This document shows, piece after piece, positions 1 to 8,451 of a stretch of 64,000 bases of DNA. Position numbers and translations under genes: made by a program. The stretch is from an uncultured archaeon (GTDB lineage: Archaea; Hadarchaeota; Hadarchaeia; Hadarchaeales; Hadarchaeaceae), in NCBI GenBank assembly GCA_937921735.1, contig CAKZTQ010000032.1:1-64000 (forward strand). The letters run 5' to 3'. Numbering within the stretch: position 1 is the first letter of the stretch; each line of letters begins with the position of its first letter. A model generated the notes under the pieces. The model had not been told where the DNA came from. It saw nothing but the letters and a program-made list of their open reading frames with translations, and ran no database searches.

Positions 1-2
1 CC

Positions 3-2675
3 AAGGTCTTCACGCTCAAGGTCACGAACACCTCTGGCGACCCCATAAACAGTGTCAAGATCACCATACCCAGCGGCTTCTCGAACTTGGCGGCGGTGGC
101 GAAGGTGCCCAAGGACAACCTGCTGACCTGCGTCGACGACAACGTCGTTATCCTACCCGCGGGCACCCTCGTGAAGCTGAAGTCGGCGTCGGTGAACGTG
201 ACGATCTACGAAAACACCGATGTCATCAGGGAGAACAACACTTGGGTTTGGGTGCCGACGCTTGGCGAGAATGCCCTGTTGAGGGACAACGCTCTTGTCG
301 AGGTAACAATAAATAATAACACTACCACCGGTCTTGCGCAAAACGACAACTTGGCCCCCGCCAAGCATACCTCCGTGACCTTGGAGAATGGGGCCGAACT
401 CAGGTTGCTCCAGGATACCCTCGTGGTTAGGGTGAGCGGCAACGTGGTGAAGCTGCCGGAAGATACGTTGCTGGAGGTGACCAGCGATCGCTCCACGGGA
501 GATAACCTAAAGGTAAACGAGAACATCAAGGTAATGCAGGACAAGAAGGTGGTTCTAACCGATAACAAGTTAAGGACCGTCGCTAGTGTGCCAGTGCTAA
601 GGGGTGGCGCCATCGAGGCAACGCTTGGGGCGGGCGTGGTAGTAGAAATGATGGTAAACAACGGGGTAATAATCCCAAGCGGCACGGTGGTTAAGCTCCT
701 CGCTAATGTTTCCGTGACGATACCCGAGAACACCGACGTGAAGAGGGCGAGCGGCAAGAAGATGGAGCTGGTGACGCCCGCCGCGGCCGAAGGCCAACCC
801 GTCGGGTGGACCTTCGACGGCACCGACACCTGGTCGACCGACAACACCGCGAGGATGATCGCGCCCGGCGCCAGCCTGGAGTTCCCGTTCGCCGTCGACG
901 TGGGGTACTTCGGGACGCCTGAGAATTCGAAGAAGCCGGACGACTACGTGACGGTCGTGTGGGCGGTCAGCACCTGGGACACGAAGGGCGCGAGGGCGGA
1001 CAAGAGCTACAACACCATAGTCGACTACAAGTGGCCGACGATCTACCGCATCTACGTCAACGACGTATACTATCTCCCAAAGGTCAAGGCGGGCACCACC
1101 GCGAGCGTCAAGATCTCGACTAGCTATTATGAGGTAGTGACGGGCATGGAGGAGAACAGCGTGGTCATAACCGTCGGCCCAGCCGACAACATAGTCGAGA
1201 ACTTAAAGTGCACCACGACCGACAACATAGACTGGTTCACGAGCTTCGTCGTCAAGCCCGAGTGGGAAAACAAGGACGTGAGAATAAGGGTGCGTGAGAA
1301 TACCCTCAGGGACAGGGCCGGCAACACAGGGCCATGGCTGCCTGGAGGCTTTGCTTCGCATCGTATCTACGTCGACAACGCGCCGCCGTTGAGGCCGCAG
1401 GACCTGAAGTTCTCGGACCTCGACAGCCTACCCGCCAAGACCAACCAGGCATCCTGGCTCCTCACCGGCAGGTGCGAGGACAACGCGGTCTCCGCTTATA
1501 CGCCCGACACGCTCACCGCCGTGGTAGAGGTCAACGGGAAGGTGACCAAGCAGACCGTTGAGAGGGGCGTCTCGCCCTACTACACCTTCGCCATACCCAT
1601 AACCCTCGATGAAGGTCCGAACACCGTCAGGGTCTGGGTGGAGGACTACGTCGGCTGGGTGGGCGAGAAGGTCGAGAACAAGGCCTTCCTCGACACCAAG
1701 CCGCCGAGCGTCCAGTTGGTCTCCATCGCGGGCAAGAGCTTCGTCGAGAACATGGCGATTAACGACAACAGGCCCAAGATCGTCGTCAAGATGCTGGATC
1801 CAGGCTACGCCGAGAACAAGGGCTTGGGCGTCGTCTTCCCGGAGAACGTGAAGGTGCAGATCCGACGCTTGGACGGCAGCGTCGTAGCGACGCTCGAGAA
1901 CTCTAACGTCTGGAACCCGGCGACGGGCATCTTCGAGAACACGCTGGCGGAGGCGCTACCCGACAACTGGTACCTCGTCCACATCGAGGCGGGCGACAAC
2001 CTGAACGCTCCCACCGTGGAGAACTTCAGGTTCGAGGTCGACACCACCCCGCCCGCGCTGCCGGGTGCGCCGACGGTGACGATACCCGAGCGCACTAGGG
2101 TGGCGACCGTGACCGTCGCTGGGACCGCGGAGCCCAAGGCTACGGTGAAGGTCGTGGTGAAGCAGGACGCCGAGGTGAAGGTCACCCAAACGACCACCGC
2201 GGACGAGCTAGGCAACTTCAGCCTCAAGATCTCGCTGCCAGAAGGTACTAGCAGCATCTGGGTCTCGGCCATCGACAGGGCCGGCAACGAGGGCCCGGCC
2301 AGGCTCTACGGTACCGTCATCGTCGACAGCGCGGTGCCGACGGTCACCATCATCTCGCCGGCGGACAAGACGACTACCAGCCAGGCGTCGATAGCCGTGG
2401 TGGGCAAGGTCAGCGAGCCGGCGAAGTGGACGGTGATCGCGCCCGCGGGCACCTGGAGCGGCAGGACGGACAAGGACGGCAACTTCAGCGTCTCGATAGC
2501 GCTCGTTGAGGGCACCAACACCATCGTGGTGACGGCCGAGGACGACGCGGGCAACGTCTCGACGCCCAAGAGCGTAGAGGTGACGAGGACCGTCACCGCC
2601 TGGGGCACCTACGCGATAATCCTAGTGATCATAGCGCTGATACTGGCTGCGATCGCGATCTTCAGGAGGAAGTGA
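3..2675 (+). CDS. Large cell-surface/S-layer-like protein with Ig-like repeats and a C-terminal membrane anchor (5'-truncated by window)
   Basis: Frame is open from position 3 (KVFTLKVTNTSGDP...). Beta-rich DN/EN repeats, several Ig-like modules (D..GN, L.EG.N.I), C-terminal TM helix plus basic tail (YAIILVIIALILAAIAIFRRK). Confidence 0.8.
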   Translation, partial: KVFTLKVTNTSGDPINSVKITIPSGFSNLAAVAKVPKDNLLTCVDDNVVILPAGTLVKLKSASVNVTIYENTDVIRENNTWVWVPTLGENALLRDNALVEVTINNNTTTGLAQNDNLAPAKHTSVTLENGAELRLLQDTLVVRVSGNVVKLPEDTLLEVTSDRSTGDNLKVNENIKVMQDKKVVLTDNKLRTVASVPVLRGGAIEATLGAGVVVEMMVNNGVIIPSGTVVKLLANVSVTIPENTDVKRASGKKMELVTPAAAEGQPVGWTFDGTDTWSTDNTARMIAPGASLEFPFAVDVGYFGTPENSKKPDDYVTVVWAVSTWDTKGARADKSYNTIVDYKWPTIYRIYVNDVYYLPKVKAGTTASVKISTSYYEVVTGMEENSVVITVGPADNIVENLKCTTTDNIDWFTSFVVKPEWENKDVRIRVRENTLRDRAGNTGPWLPGGFASHRIYVDNAPPLRPQDLKFSDLDSLPAKTNQASWLLTGRCEDNAVSAYTPDTLTAVVEVNGKVTKQTVERGVSPYYTFAIPITLDEGPNTVRVWVEDYVGWVGEKVENKAFLDTKPPSVQLVSIAGKSFVENMAINDNRPKIVVKMLDPGYAENKGLGVVFPENVKVQIRRLDGSVVATLENSNVWNPATGIFENTLAEALPDNWYLVHIEAGDNLNAPTVENFRFEVDTTPPALPGAPTVTIPERTRVATVTVAGTAEPKATVKVVVKQDAEVKVTQTTTADELGNFSLKISLPEGTSSIWVSAIDRAGNEGPARLYGTVIVDSAVPTVTIISPADKTTTSQASIAVVGKVSEPAKWTVIAPAGTWSGRTDKDGNFSVSIALVEGTNTIVVTAEDDAGNVSTPKSVEVTRTVTAWGTYAIILVIIALILAAIAIFRRK

Positions 2676-2688
2676 GGGGAGACGCAAA

Positions 2689-2719
2689 TCTTCCCCTCTT
2701 TTTTGTATTTTTGTTTTTG
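2689..2719 (+). terminator. Oligo-T archaeal terminator
   Basis: T-rich run (tcttcccctctttttt gtatttttgtttttg) immediately after the surface-protein stop codon. Confidence 0.55.
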
Positions 2720-2782
2720 ATTCCCGTCGCGGCAACGCGTCGTGTTTTCCCTTCATAAAATACCTTCGCCAAAGCTCCGCCG

Positions 2783-2840
2783 TGACACACGTATGTCGTC
2801 GAGCCCCAGTTCAACGCCAACCGCCCACACGCGTACGTCA
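2783..2840. repeat. Two upstream copies of the 16-bp palindrome
   Basis: TGACACACGTATGTCG at 2783-2798 and degenerate CCACACGCGTACGTCA at 2825-2840, 42 bp apart. Confidence 0.7.
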
Positions 2841-3014
2841 TACCTGCTCGTGTACGACATACGCAGGCCGGACAACGCCCTTAGGCTAAGGGTGAACAGG
2901 CGTCTGAAAGGGCTGGGGGCGTCGAGGTTGCAGCACTCGGTCTGGGAGCTCGATCGCCTGGACGACTTCTTGGGGCTCGCGACCCTCATGAGGTCGGCGG
3001 CGGGAAGGCGCTGA
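2793..3014 (+). CDS. Small Cas2/ChrB-N/PaaX-like ferredoxin-fold protein, probably frameshifted near its C-terminus
   Basis: YLLVYDI...RLRVNRRLKGLGASRLQHSVWE matches the Cas2-type pattern. An alternative frame from ~2999 reads GGKALILEKRVVL, the expected final strand. The ATG lies inside a palindrome copy. Confidence 0.6.
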   Translation: MSSSPSSTPTAHTRTSYLLVYDIRRPDNALRLRVNRRLKGLGASRLQHSVWELDRLDDFLGLATLMRSAAGRR

Positions 3015-3038
3015 TCCTCGAAAAGAGGGTCGTCCTGA

Positions 3039-3281
3039 TGACACACGTATGTCAAAGATCTCGCGACGTTCGGCAGTTTTCTGACTCACGTGTGTCACGT
3101 TTTTGACATACGTATGTCATCAACCCTTGACTCCCAACATCTGCCGTGACATACGTATGTCATCGATTTCGGCCATGCGTTTCGAGTTTGACACACGTAT
3201 GTCATCCAGCCCGCCCAGCCCCACAGCTGACACGCGTATGTCATCGGGGATAGGACGCCGTCAAGTGATACACGTGTGTCA
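3039..3281. repeat. Array of seven 16-bp palindromes, consensus TGACAYRCGTRTGTCA(TC)
   Basis: Copies start at 3039, 3082, 3104, 3147, 3189, 3228 and 3266. Gaps between copies are 27, 6, 27, 26, 23 and 22 nt. Confidence 0.95.
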
Positions 3282-3356
3282 TCGCGCCGGCGGCACCGAA
3301 GCGATACCTTTATAAGCCCGTGTCCCCCGTATGAGCTTCAATTGCCCGGTGATTTT

Positions 3357-3605
3357 ATGGAGTTCTGCCCCAAGTGCGGCAGCGTCCTCCTGCCCAAGAA
3401 GGTGAGGCGCAGCACGAGGCTCGAATGTCCCCGCTGCGGCTACGTGGGCAAGCTCAAGAGGCCCGCCGCCTACAAGATCAGCGAGAAGGGCAAGGAGGCC
3501 AAGGAGGTGGCGGTCATCGAGGAGAAGGAGCCGAAGAAGAAGAGGCGCCCGGAGCAGGAGTACGAGCTCGAGCCCATGGAGTACTACGAGGAGCTCTACG
3601 AGTAG
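3357..3605 (+). CDS. TFS/RpoM (RPA12/RPB9/RPC11) family protein with N-terminal Zn ribbon only
   Basis: MEFCPKCGSVLLP...CPRCGY. No C-terminal Zn ribbon or catalytic DE; ends in an acidic/Tyr-rich tail. Confidence 0.75.
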   Translation: MEFCPKCGSVLLPKKVRRSTRLECPRCGYVGKLKRPAAYKISEKGKEAKEVAVIEEKEPKKKRRPEQEYELEPMEYYEELYE

Positions 3606-4403
3606 CTAGACCTTCACCACCGCCCCCTCGAGCGCCCTCCCGCAGCCGCAGGAGCGTTTCTCCGGGATCCTCGCGACCGCCTCGGCCAGCAGCGCCTTTA
3701 CCCTCCCTGCGCTCGCCGCCATCAGCTCCGCCACCTCCGCGTGCGTCAGCTTCCCGCGGGAGATGCCGGCCGCGAAGTTCGTGATCACCGCCACCGCCGC
3801 GTAGCAAAGCTCCAGCTCCCTCGCCAGCACGCACTCGGGCACGTTGGTCATCCCCACCAGGTCGCAGCCCAGGCGGCGCATCGCCCTTATCTCGGCGGCG
3901 GTCTCGAACCTGGGTCCCTCGGTGCACGCGTAGGTCGCGCGGGGGTGGAGCTTGAGCTTCAGCTCCTTAGCCGCCTCGAGCAGCGAGCGGCGGAGCTCGG
4001 GGCAGTAGGGCTCCGTCACGTCGACGTGCACCACTCCCTTTTCGCCTCCTTCGTAGAAGGTCATCGCGCGCTGCTTGGTGAAGTCCACGAACTGGTGGAG
4101 CAGCGCGAGCTCGCCTGGCCTCATGCGGCGGTTCATGGAGCCGGACGCGGTGGTCGCGAGGACGCGGGTAACCCCCAGCTCGCGCAGCGCCCAGAGGTTG
4201 GCGCGGTAGTTCACTAAGTGAGGGGGAACGGTGTGTCCCCTGCCATGGCGCGGCATGAACGCCACCTCGCGCCCGCCTAGCCTGCCCACCACCAGCTCGG
4301 GGGGCCTTCCGTAGGGCGTCTCGAGGGTCACCTCCCTCGCCCCCTCCAGAAGGTCCAGCGCGTAAAGGCCAGAGCCGCCTATGATCGCTATCTCCGCCCT
4401 CAC
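3606..4403 (-). CDS. mtnP: MTAP-family purine nucleoside phosphorylase (methylthioinosine/6-oxopurine type likely)
   Basis: IIGGSG, PRHG..H, EGPRFET.AE, VGMT motifs. Has TNFAAG where adenine-specific MTAP has DYD. Confidence 0.9.
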   Translation of the reverse strand: MRAEIAIIGGSGLYALDLLEGAREVTLETPYGRPPELVVGRLGGREVAFMPRHGRGHTVPPHLVNYRANLWALRELGVTRVLATTASGSMNRRMRPGELALLHQFVDFTKQRAMTFYEGGEKGVVHVDVTEPYCPELRRSLLEAAKELKLKLHPRATYACTEGPRFETAAEIRAMRRLGCDLVGMTNVPECVLARELELCYAAVAVITNFAAGISRGKLTHAEVAELMAASAGRVKALLAEAVARIPEKRSCGCGRALEGAVVKV

Positions 4404-4407
4404 GCGA

Positions 4408-5181
4408 TCACCTCCCAAACCTCCGCTCCCTCCTCTGGAAGGTTCTGATGGCGCGGAGGAAGTCTATCTTCGAGAACTCCGGCCAGTGGGCCTCGCAGAA
4501 GTAGAGCTCGCTGTACGCCGACTGCCACAGCAGGAAGCCGCTGAGCCTCTCCTCCCCGCTGGTCCTGATGATTAAATCGGGGTCGGGGCTGCCGGCGGTG
4601 TAGAGGTGCTCGCCTATCGTTCGCTCGTCCACCTCCTCCGGCGAGAGCTCGCCCCTCCGAACGCGCTCGCATATCCTCCTCACCGCGTCCACGATTTCCG
4701 CCCTCCCGCCGTAGCTCAGGGCTATGTTGAGGAAGTAGCCGTCGTAGCCCTTCGTCGCCTCCTCCGCCTCCCTTATCGCGGCCACCACCCTTTCCGGCAG
4801 GCGGCTCAGATCCCCTATTACCCGGACGCGAACCCTGTTCCTGTGCACCCTCTCGTCGCGCGAGATCTGCCTGAACTTCTCGGCGAAGAGGTCCATGAGG
4901 GCATTTACCTCCTCCTTGGACCTGTGGAAGTTCTCCGTCGAGAAGGCGTAGACGGTGCCGTACCTGATCCCCAGCTCTTGGCACCAGCTCAGGACCTCCT
5001 CCAGCTTCTCCGCGCCCAGGAGGTAGCCCTGCCTCTCGTCCATGCCCGCCTTGCGCGCGAAGCGGCGGTTGCCGTCGAGGATGATCGCCACGTGCTTGGG
5101 CATCTCCCCCCTCTTCACCTCATGGAGCAGGCGCCTCTCGTAGTACCTCGCCGCCAGGCGGAGCAGCCTATCCAAGATCAT
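4408..5181 (-). CDS. uppS: cis-prenyltransferase (polyprenyl diphosphate synthase)
   Basis: HVAIILDGNRRFA, YAFSTENF, YGGR.EI, IRTSGEERLSGFLLWQ. Confidence 0.95.
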   Translation of the reverse strand: MILDRLLRLAARYYERRLLHEVKRGEMPKHVAIILDGNRRFARKAGMDERQGYLLGAEKLEEVLSWCQELGIRYGTVYAFSTENFHRSKEEVNALMDLFAEKFRQISRDERVHRNRVRVRVIGDLSRLPERVVAAIREAEEATKGYDGYFLNIALSYGGRAEIVDAVRRICERVRRGELSPEEVDERTIGEHLYTAGSPDPDLIIRTSGEERLSGFLLWQSAYSELYFCEAHWPEFSKIDFLRAIRTFQRRERRFGR

Positions 5182-5229
5182 CCGATAGGCTTTATTGCGG
5201 CCGCCCTTAAAACCTTCAGCCGCGGGAGC

Positions 5230-5808
5230 ATGCGAGTAGCCGTGGGCTCGACCAACCCGGTAAAGGTGAGGGCCGTCCGCAACGTGATGAGGGAGCTCTT
5301 TCGCGAGGTAAAGGTCAGGGGCGTGGACGTGGGCCCCGAGCTCCCCCCGCAGCCCATAGGCAGGACGTCGGTGATAAGGGGTGCCATCACCCGGGCCAAG
5401 CGAGCGCTGGCGTCGGGGGACTTCGACCTAGGCGTGGGGATAGAGGCGGGCTTGGAGCGGGTGGCGCAGGCGAGGTCCGGCTACGTCGACGTGCAGTGGT
5501 GCGCGGTCGCGGACAGGAGAGGGCGCGTGACGCTTGGGCACGGGGCGGGCTTCGAGTACCCCCGCGCGGTGGTCGAGGCGGTGCTCAAGGAAGGGCTGGA
5601 GGTGGGAAGGGTGATGGAGGAGCTGACGGGCATCAAGCGGATAGGCAGGCGGATGGGCGCGATAGGCTACCTGTCTAAGGGCAGGCTGGACAGGCTCCGC
5701 CTCACGGAGCAGGCGGTGCTCATGGCAATGCTTCCGAGGCTCAACCCCGAGCTGTACGAGCTCGGCGGGACGGAGGGCCGACCACCCGAAAGTTTTTCGG
5801 CGGTATGA
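5230..5808 (+). CDS. yjjX: Inosine/xanthosine triphosphatase
   Basis: VGSTNPVKV, GVGIEAGL, GAIGYLS...R motifs. Confidence 0.9.
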   Translation: MRVAVGSTNPVKVRAVRNVMRELFREVKVRGVDVGPELPPQPIGRTSVIRGAITRAKRALASGDFDLGVGIEAGLERVAQARSGYVDVQWCAVADRRGRVTLGHGAGFEYPRAVVEAVLKEGLEVGRVMEELTGIKRIGRRMGAIGYLSKGRLDRLRLTEQAVLMAMLPRLNPELYELGGTEGRPPESFSAV

Positions 5809-6122
5809 AAGTACGGAGACGTTGAACCTCAGGCTTGGGACATTTGGTACGCGGTCTCCGGCGACATCGTCGACGACAGCCGGGCGGAGATGAGGGGTGG
5901 GCGACGGGACGCATCACCACTGCTGGGGCACGACCGGCGCTTACCATGGCGGCGGGAAGAAGTTCTACATGAATTTCCCGCATGAAACCTGGCGTTGAAA
6001 GGTCGAGCCTCCTTCCTTTGAGGGAAAATTAAAGGGAAATTTTATTAATGGGGAAACAAAAACGAGGTCGGGGGTTGAACCGAGGGGGAGCGGGGTGAAT
6101 AAATAGCCCAGGGCATGAAAGG

Positions 6123-8441
6123 GTGGTGCACGTCAGCAAGATCGAGATGCGGGGGTTCAAGTCCTTCGGTAACACCAAGGTCACCCTTCCCCTCTCCCCG
6201 CACCTGACGGCGATAGTGGGCCCCAACGGCTCGGGGAAGAGCAACATAGTCGAGGCCTTCTGTTTCGTCCTGGGGTGGATGAGCGCCAAGACGATGCGGG
6301 CCGAGCGCTTCTCCGACCTGCTCTTCAACGGCGGAAACGGCCAGAGGCCAGCCCCGTTCGCGGAGGTCTCCCTCCACCTCGACAACAGCGACGGCGCCCT
6401 GCCCGTGAACTCCGAGGCGGTGGTAATAACCAGGCGCGTCGACCGCAGCGGCAAGTGCGTCTACATGATAAACAGGAGGCGCGTCTCGCGGCAGGAGATC
6501 GTCGACCTTCTCGCCAAGGCGATGTCGAGTCCAGGCGGCTACAACTTCATCATGCAGGGCGATGTGGACAGGTTCATCAAGATGAGCCCTCTGGAGCGCA
6601 GGGCGATCATCGATGACATCGCGGGCATCGCGGAGTACGACGAGAAGAAGGAGAAATCGCTGGCCGAGCTTCAGAAGGTCGAGGCCAACCTCCAGAGCAT
6701 GGGGGCGATCCTAAACGAGATAGCCATGCAGATGGAGAGGCTGCGCAGGGAGAAGGAGGACGCCCTCCGCTACAGGCAGTTGAAGGCCCAGCTCGAGCAC
6801 GGCCGCGCGGTCCTGTTGCTCGCGAGGACCAACGCCTGCAGGAGGAAGCTCTCCGAAGTCCAGGCGAGGATGGCCACAAGCTCGGGGGAGCTCTCGAGGC
6901 TCAGGGAGAGGTCCCAGAAGATCTCTGAGGAGCTCGAGAGGTGCGAGGACAGGATCAGGCAGCTCGACAAGCTCATGGACGAGAGGAGGAGGTCCGATGC
7001 TCTTGCGGTCGCCAATGGTCTGCGGGAACGTGTGAGGACGCTGGCCGAGATGGTGGCCTCCGCCGGCGAGGAAAGGGCCGCGGTGGAGGCGGAGATCTCG
7101 CGGCTCAGGGCGGAGGTCGAGAAGGCCGGCGCGGAAGGGCCAAGACAGGCGAGGGGAGCGCTCGATCGTTTGCGCGAGGAGGTCGAGGACATCTCGGCGA
7201 GGTTCGCAAAGCTCAAGGAGGAGTTCGATGGGCTTCGCCGAGCCCTGAGCGAGCCGGACCGCGCGACCACCTCCGATCTCCGCAGGGCCGCGCGCGAGTT
7301 GGCGGAGGTGCTTGAGGGGATGAATCGGGTGCTCGAGGAGTTCAGTTCCTGCATCGAGCGGGCGATGGAACTTTGGGGTTCAGCTCCCCCCTTCGCGCGC
7401 GCCGCGAGGGGGCCGACGTCGGAGCTTCAGGGGCTTCGGTCCGAGCTCGCATCCCTCGAGGGCCAGCGGCTCCAGCTGGATAAGAGGCTGGAGGAGCTAC
7501 AGCGAAAGCTTCGCGATGCGGAGGCCGCCCTCGCGGAGATCGCCGAGCGCGAGCAAGATGTGAGGAGGTCCATCCGAGCCATAGAAGCCGAGAGGGAGGG
7601 CCTGTACCGCAGGTCGTCGTCGCTCAGGGAAAGGCTCGCCCGCCTACAGGGCGAGATCCAGGCCCTTGAGGGCAAGCTGCAGGGATATAATATAGAAGAG
7701 GCCCGCCTACAGGCCCAGCTCGAGATGCTGGAGGGCGAGCTGAGGAAGATGAAGGTAAAGCTCGAGGAACCCCCGCGCGTCGACGCCTCCAAGCTGGAGA
7801 GGGAGATAGAGAGAATTGAGGCCGAGATCGAGGCCATGGGGCCGATCAACGAGCGGGCGATAAGGGACTTCAGGAACGTCGAGCGTCGCTACTCCTCGCA
7901 GAAGGCACGTTACGATAAGTTGGTATGGGAGAGGCAGAAGATCCTCAACTTCATGGAGGAGATCGACAAGAAGAAGACCGAGGTTTTCATGAGGACCTTC
8001 GAGGAGATCTCCGAGAACTTCGGCAGGATATTCAGCGACCTCTCGCCCGGCGGGACGGCGAGGCTGGTGTTGGAGAACCCGGAGCGCCCGCTGGAGGGTG
8101 GCCTGGAGATAGAGGCCAAGCCTGCCGGCAAGGAGCTGGTGCGCGTGGAGGCCATGTCGGGGGGCGAGAGGGCCCTGACCGCGCTGGCGTTCATCTTCGC
8201 CGTGCAGAGGGCGAAGCCCACGGCTCTCTACGTGCTGGACGAGATAGACGCCCACCTCGACGACGAAAACCTGAGGCGCGTCGCGGAGCTCCTGCACAGG
8301 TCCTCGAGGGAGACGCAGATAGTGGTCGTCACGCTCAGGGACGCGATGATGTCTGTCGCCGACCGCCTCTTCGGCGTGAGCATGGACGGCAATGGGGTCT
8401 CGCGCGTGGTGTCGGTAGAGCTGGCGGGCTTGGCGGCGTGA
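6123..8441 (+). CDS. smc: SMC-family ATPase, short (772 aa), no recognisable hinge
   Basis: GFKSF, Walker A GPNGSGKSN, Q-loop IMQG, signature MSGGE, Walker B/D-loop LDEIDAHLD, coiled coils. Confidence 0.9.
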   Translation: MVHVSKIEMRGFKSFGNTKVTLPLSPHLTAIVGPNGSGKSNIVEAFCFVLGWMSAKTMRAERFSDLLFNGGNGQRPAPFAEVSLHLDNSDGALPVNSEAVVITRRVDRSGKCVYMINRRRVSRQEIVDLLAKAMSSPGGYNFIMQGDVDRFIKMSPLERRAIIDDIAGIAEYDEKKEKSLAELQKVEANLQSMGAILNEIAMQMERLRREKEDALRYRQLKAQLEHGRAVLLLARTNACRRKLSEVQARMATSSGELSRLRERSQKISEELERCEDRIRQLDKLMDERRRSDALAVANGLRERVRTLAEMVASAGEERAAVEAEISRLRAEVEKAGAEGPRQARGALDRLREEVEDISARFAKLKEEFDGLRRALSEPDRATTSDLRRAARELAEVLEGMNRVLEEFSSCIERAMELWGSAPPFARAARGPTSELQGLRSELASLEGQRLQLDKRLEELQRKLRDAEAALAEIAEREQDVRRSIRAIEAEREGLYRRSSSLRERLARLQGEIQALEGKLQGYNIEEARLQAQLEMLEGELRKMKVKLEEPPRVDASKLEREIERIEAEIEAMGPINERAIRDFRNVERRYSSQKARYDKLVWERQKILNFMEEIDKKKTEVFMRTFEEISENFGRIFSDLSPGGTARLVLENPERPLEGGLEIEAKPAGKELVRVEAMSGGERALTALAFIFAVQRAKPTALYVLDEIDAHLDDENLRRVAELLHRSSRETQIVVVTLRDAMMSVADRLFGVSMDGNGVSRVVSVELAGLAA

Positions 8442-8451
8442 GGTGTTCGCT

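Noticed and set aside
3039-3281. Canonical CRISPR array
   Set aside because: Repeats are only 16-18 bp and fully palindromic, spacers are irregular (6-27 nt) and some are mutually similar and C-rich, and there is no cas1 or effector. Kept as an unclassified repeat.
3103-3315. 70-aa ORF with D(I/T)RMSS repeats
   Set aside because: Most simply a by-product of translating the palindromes; spacing is not consistently a multiple of 3.
4606-5229. Long N-terminal extensions of ORFs 4606-5808, 10578-11828 and 25774-27105
   Set aside because: The first two are antisense shadows of real genes and the third crosses non-coding sequence; starts matching family N-termini are at 5230, 11028 and 26086.
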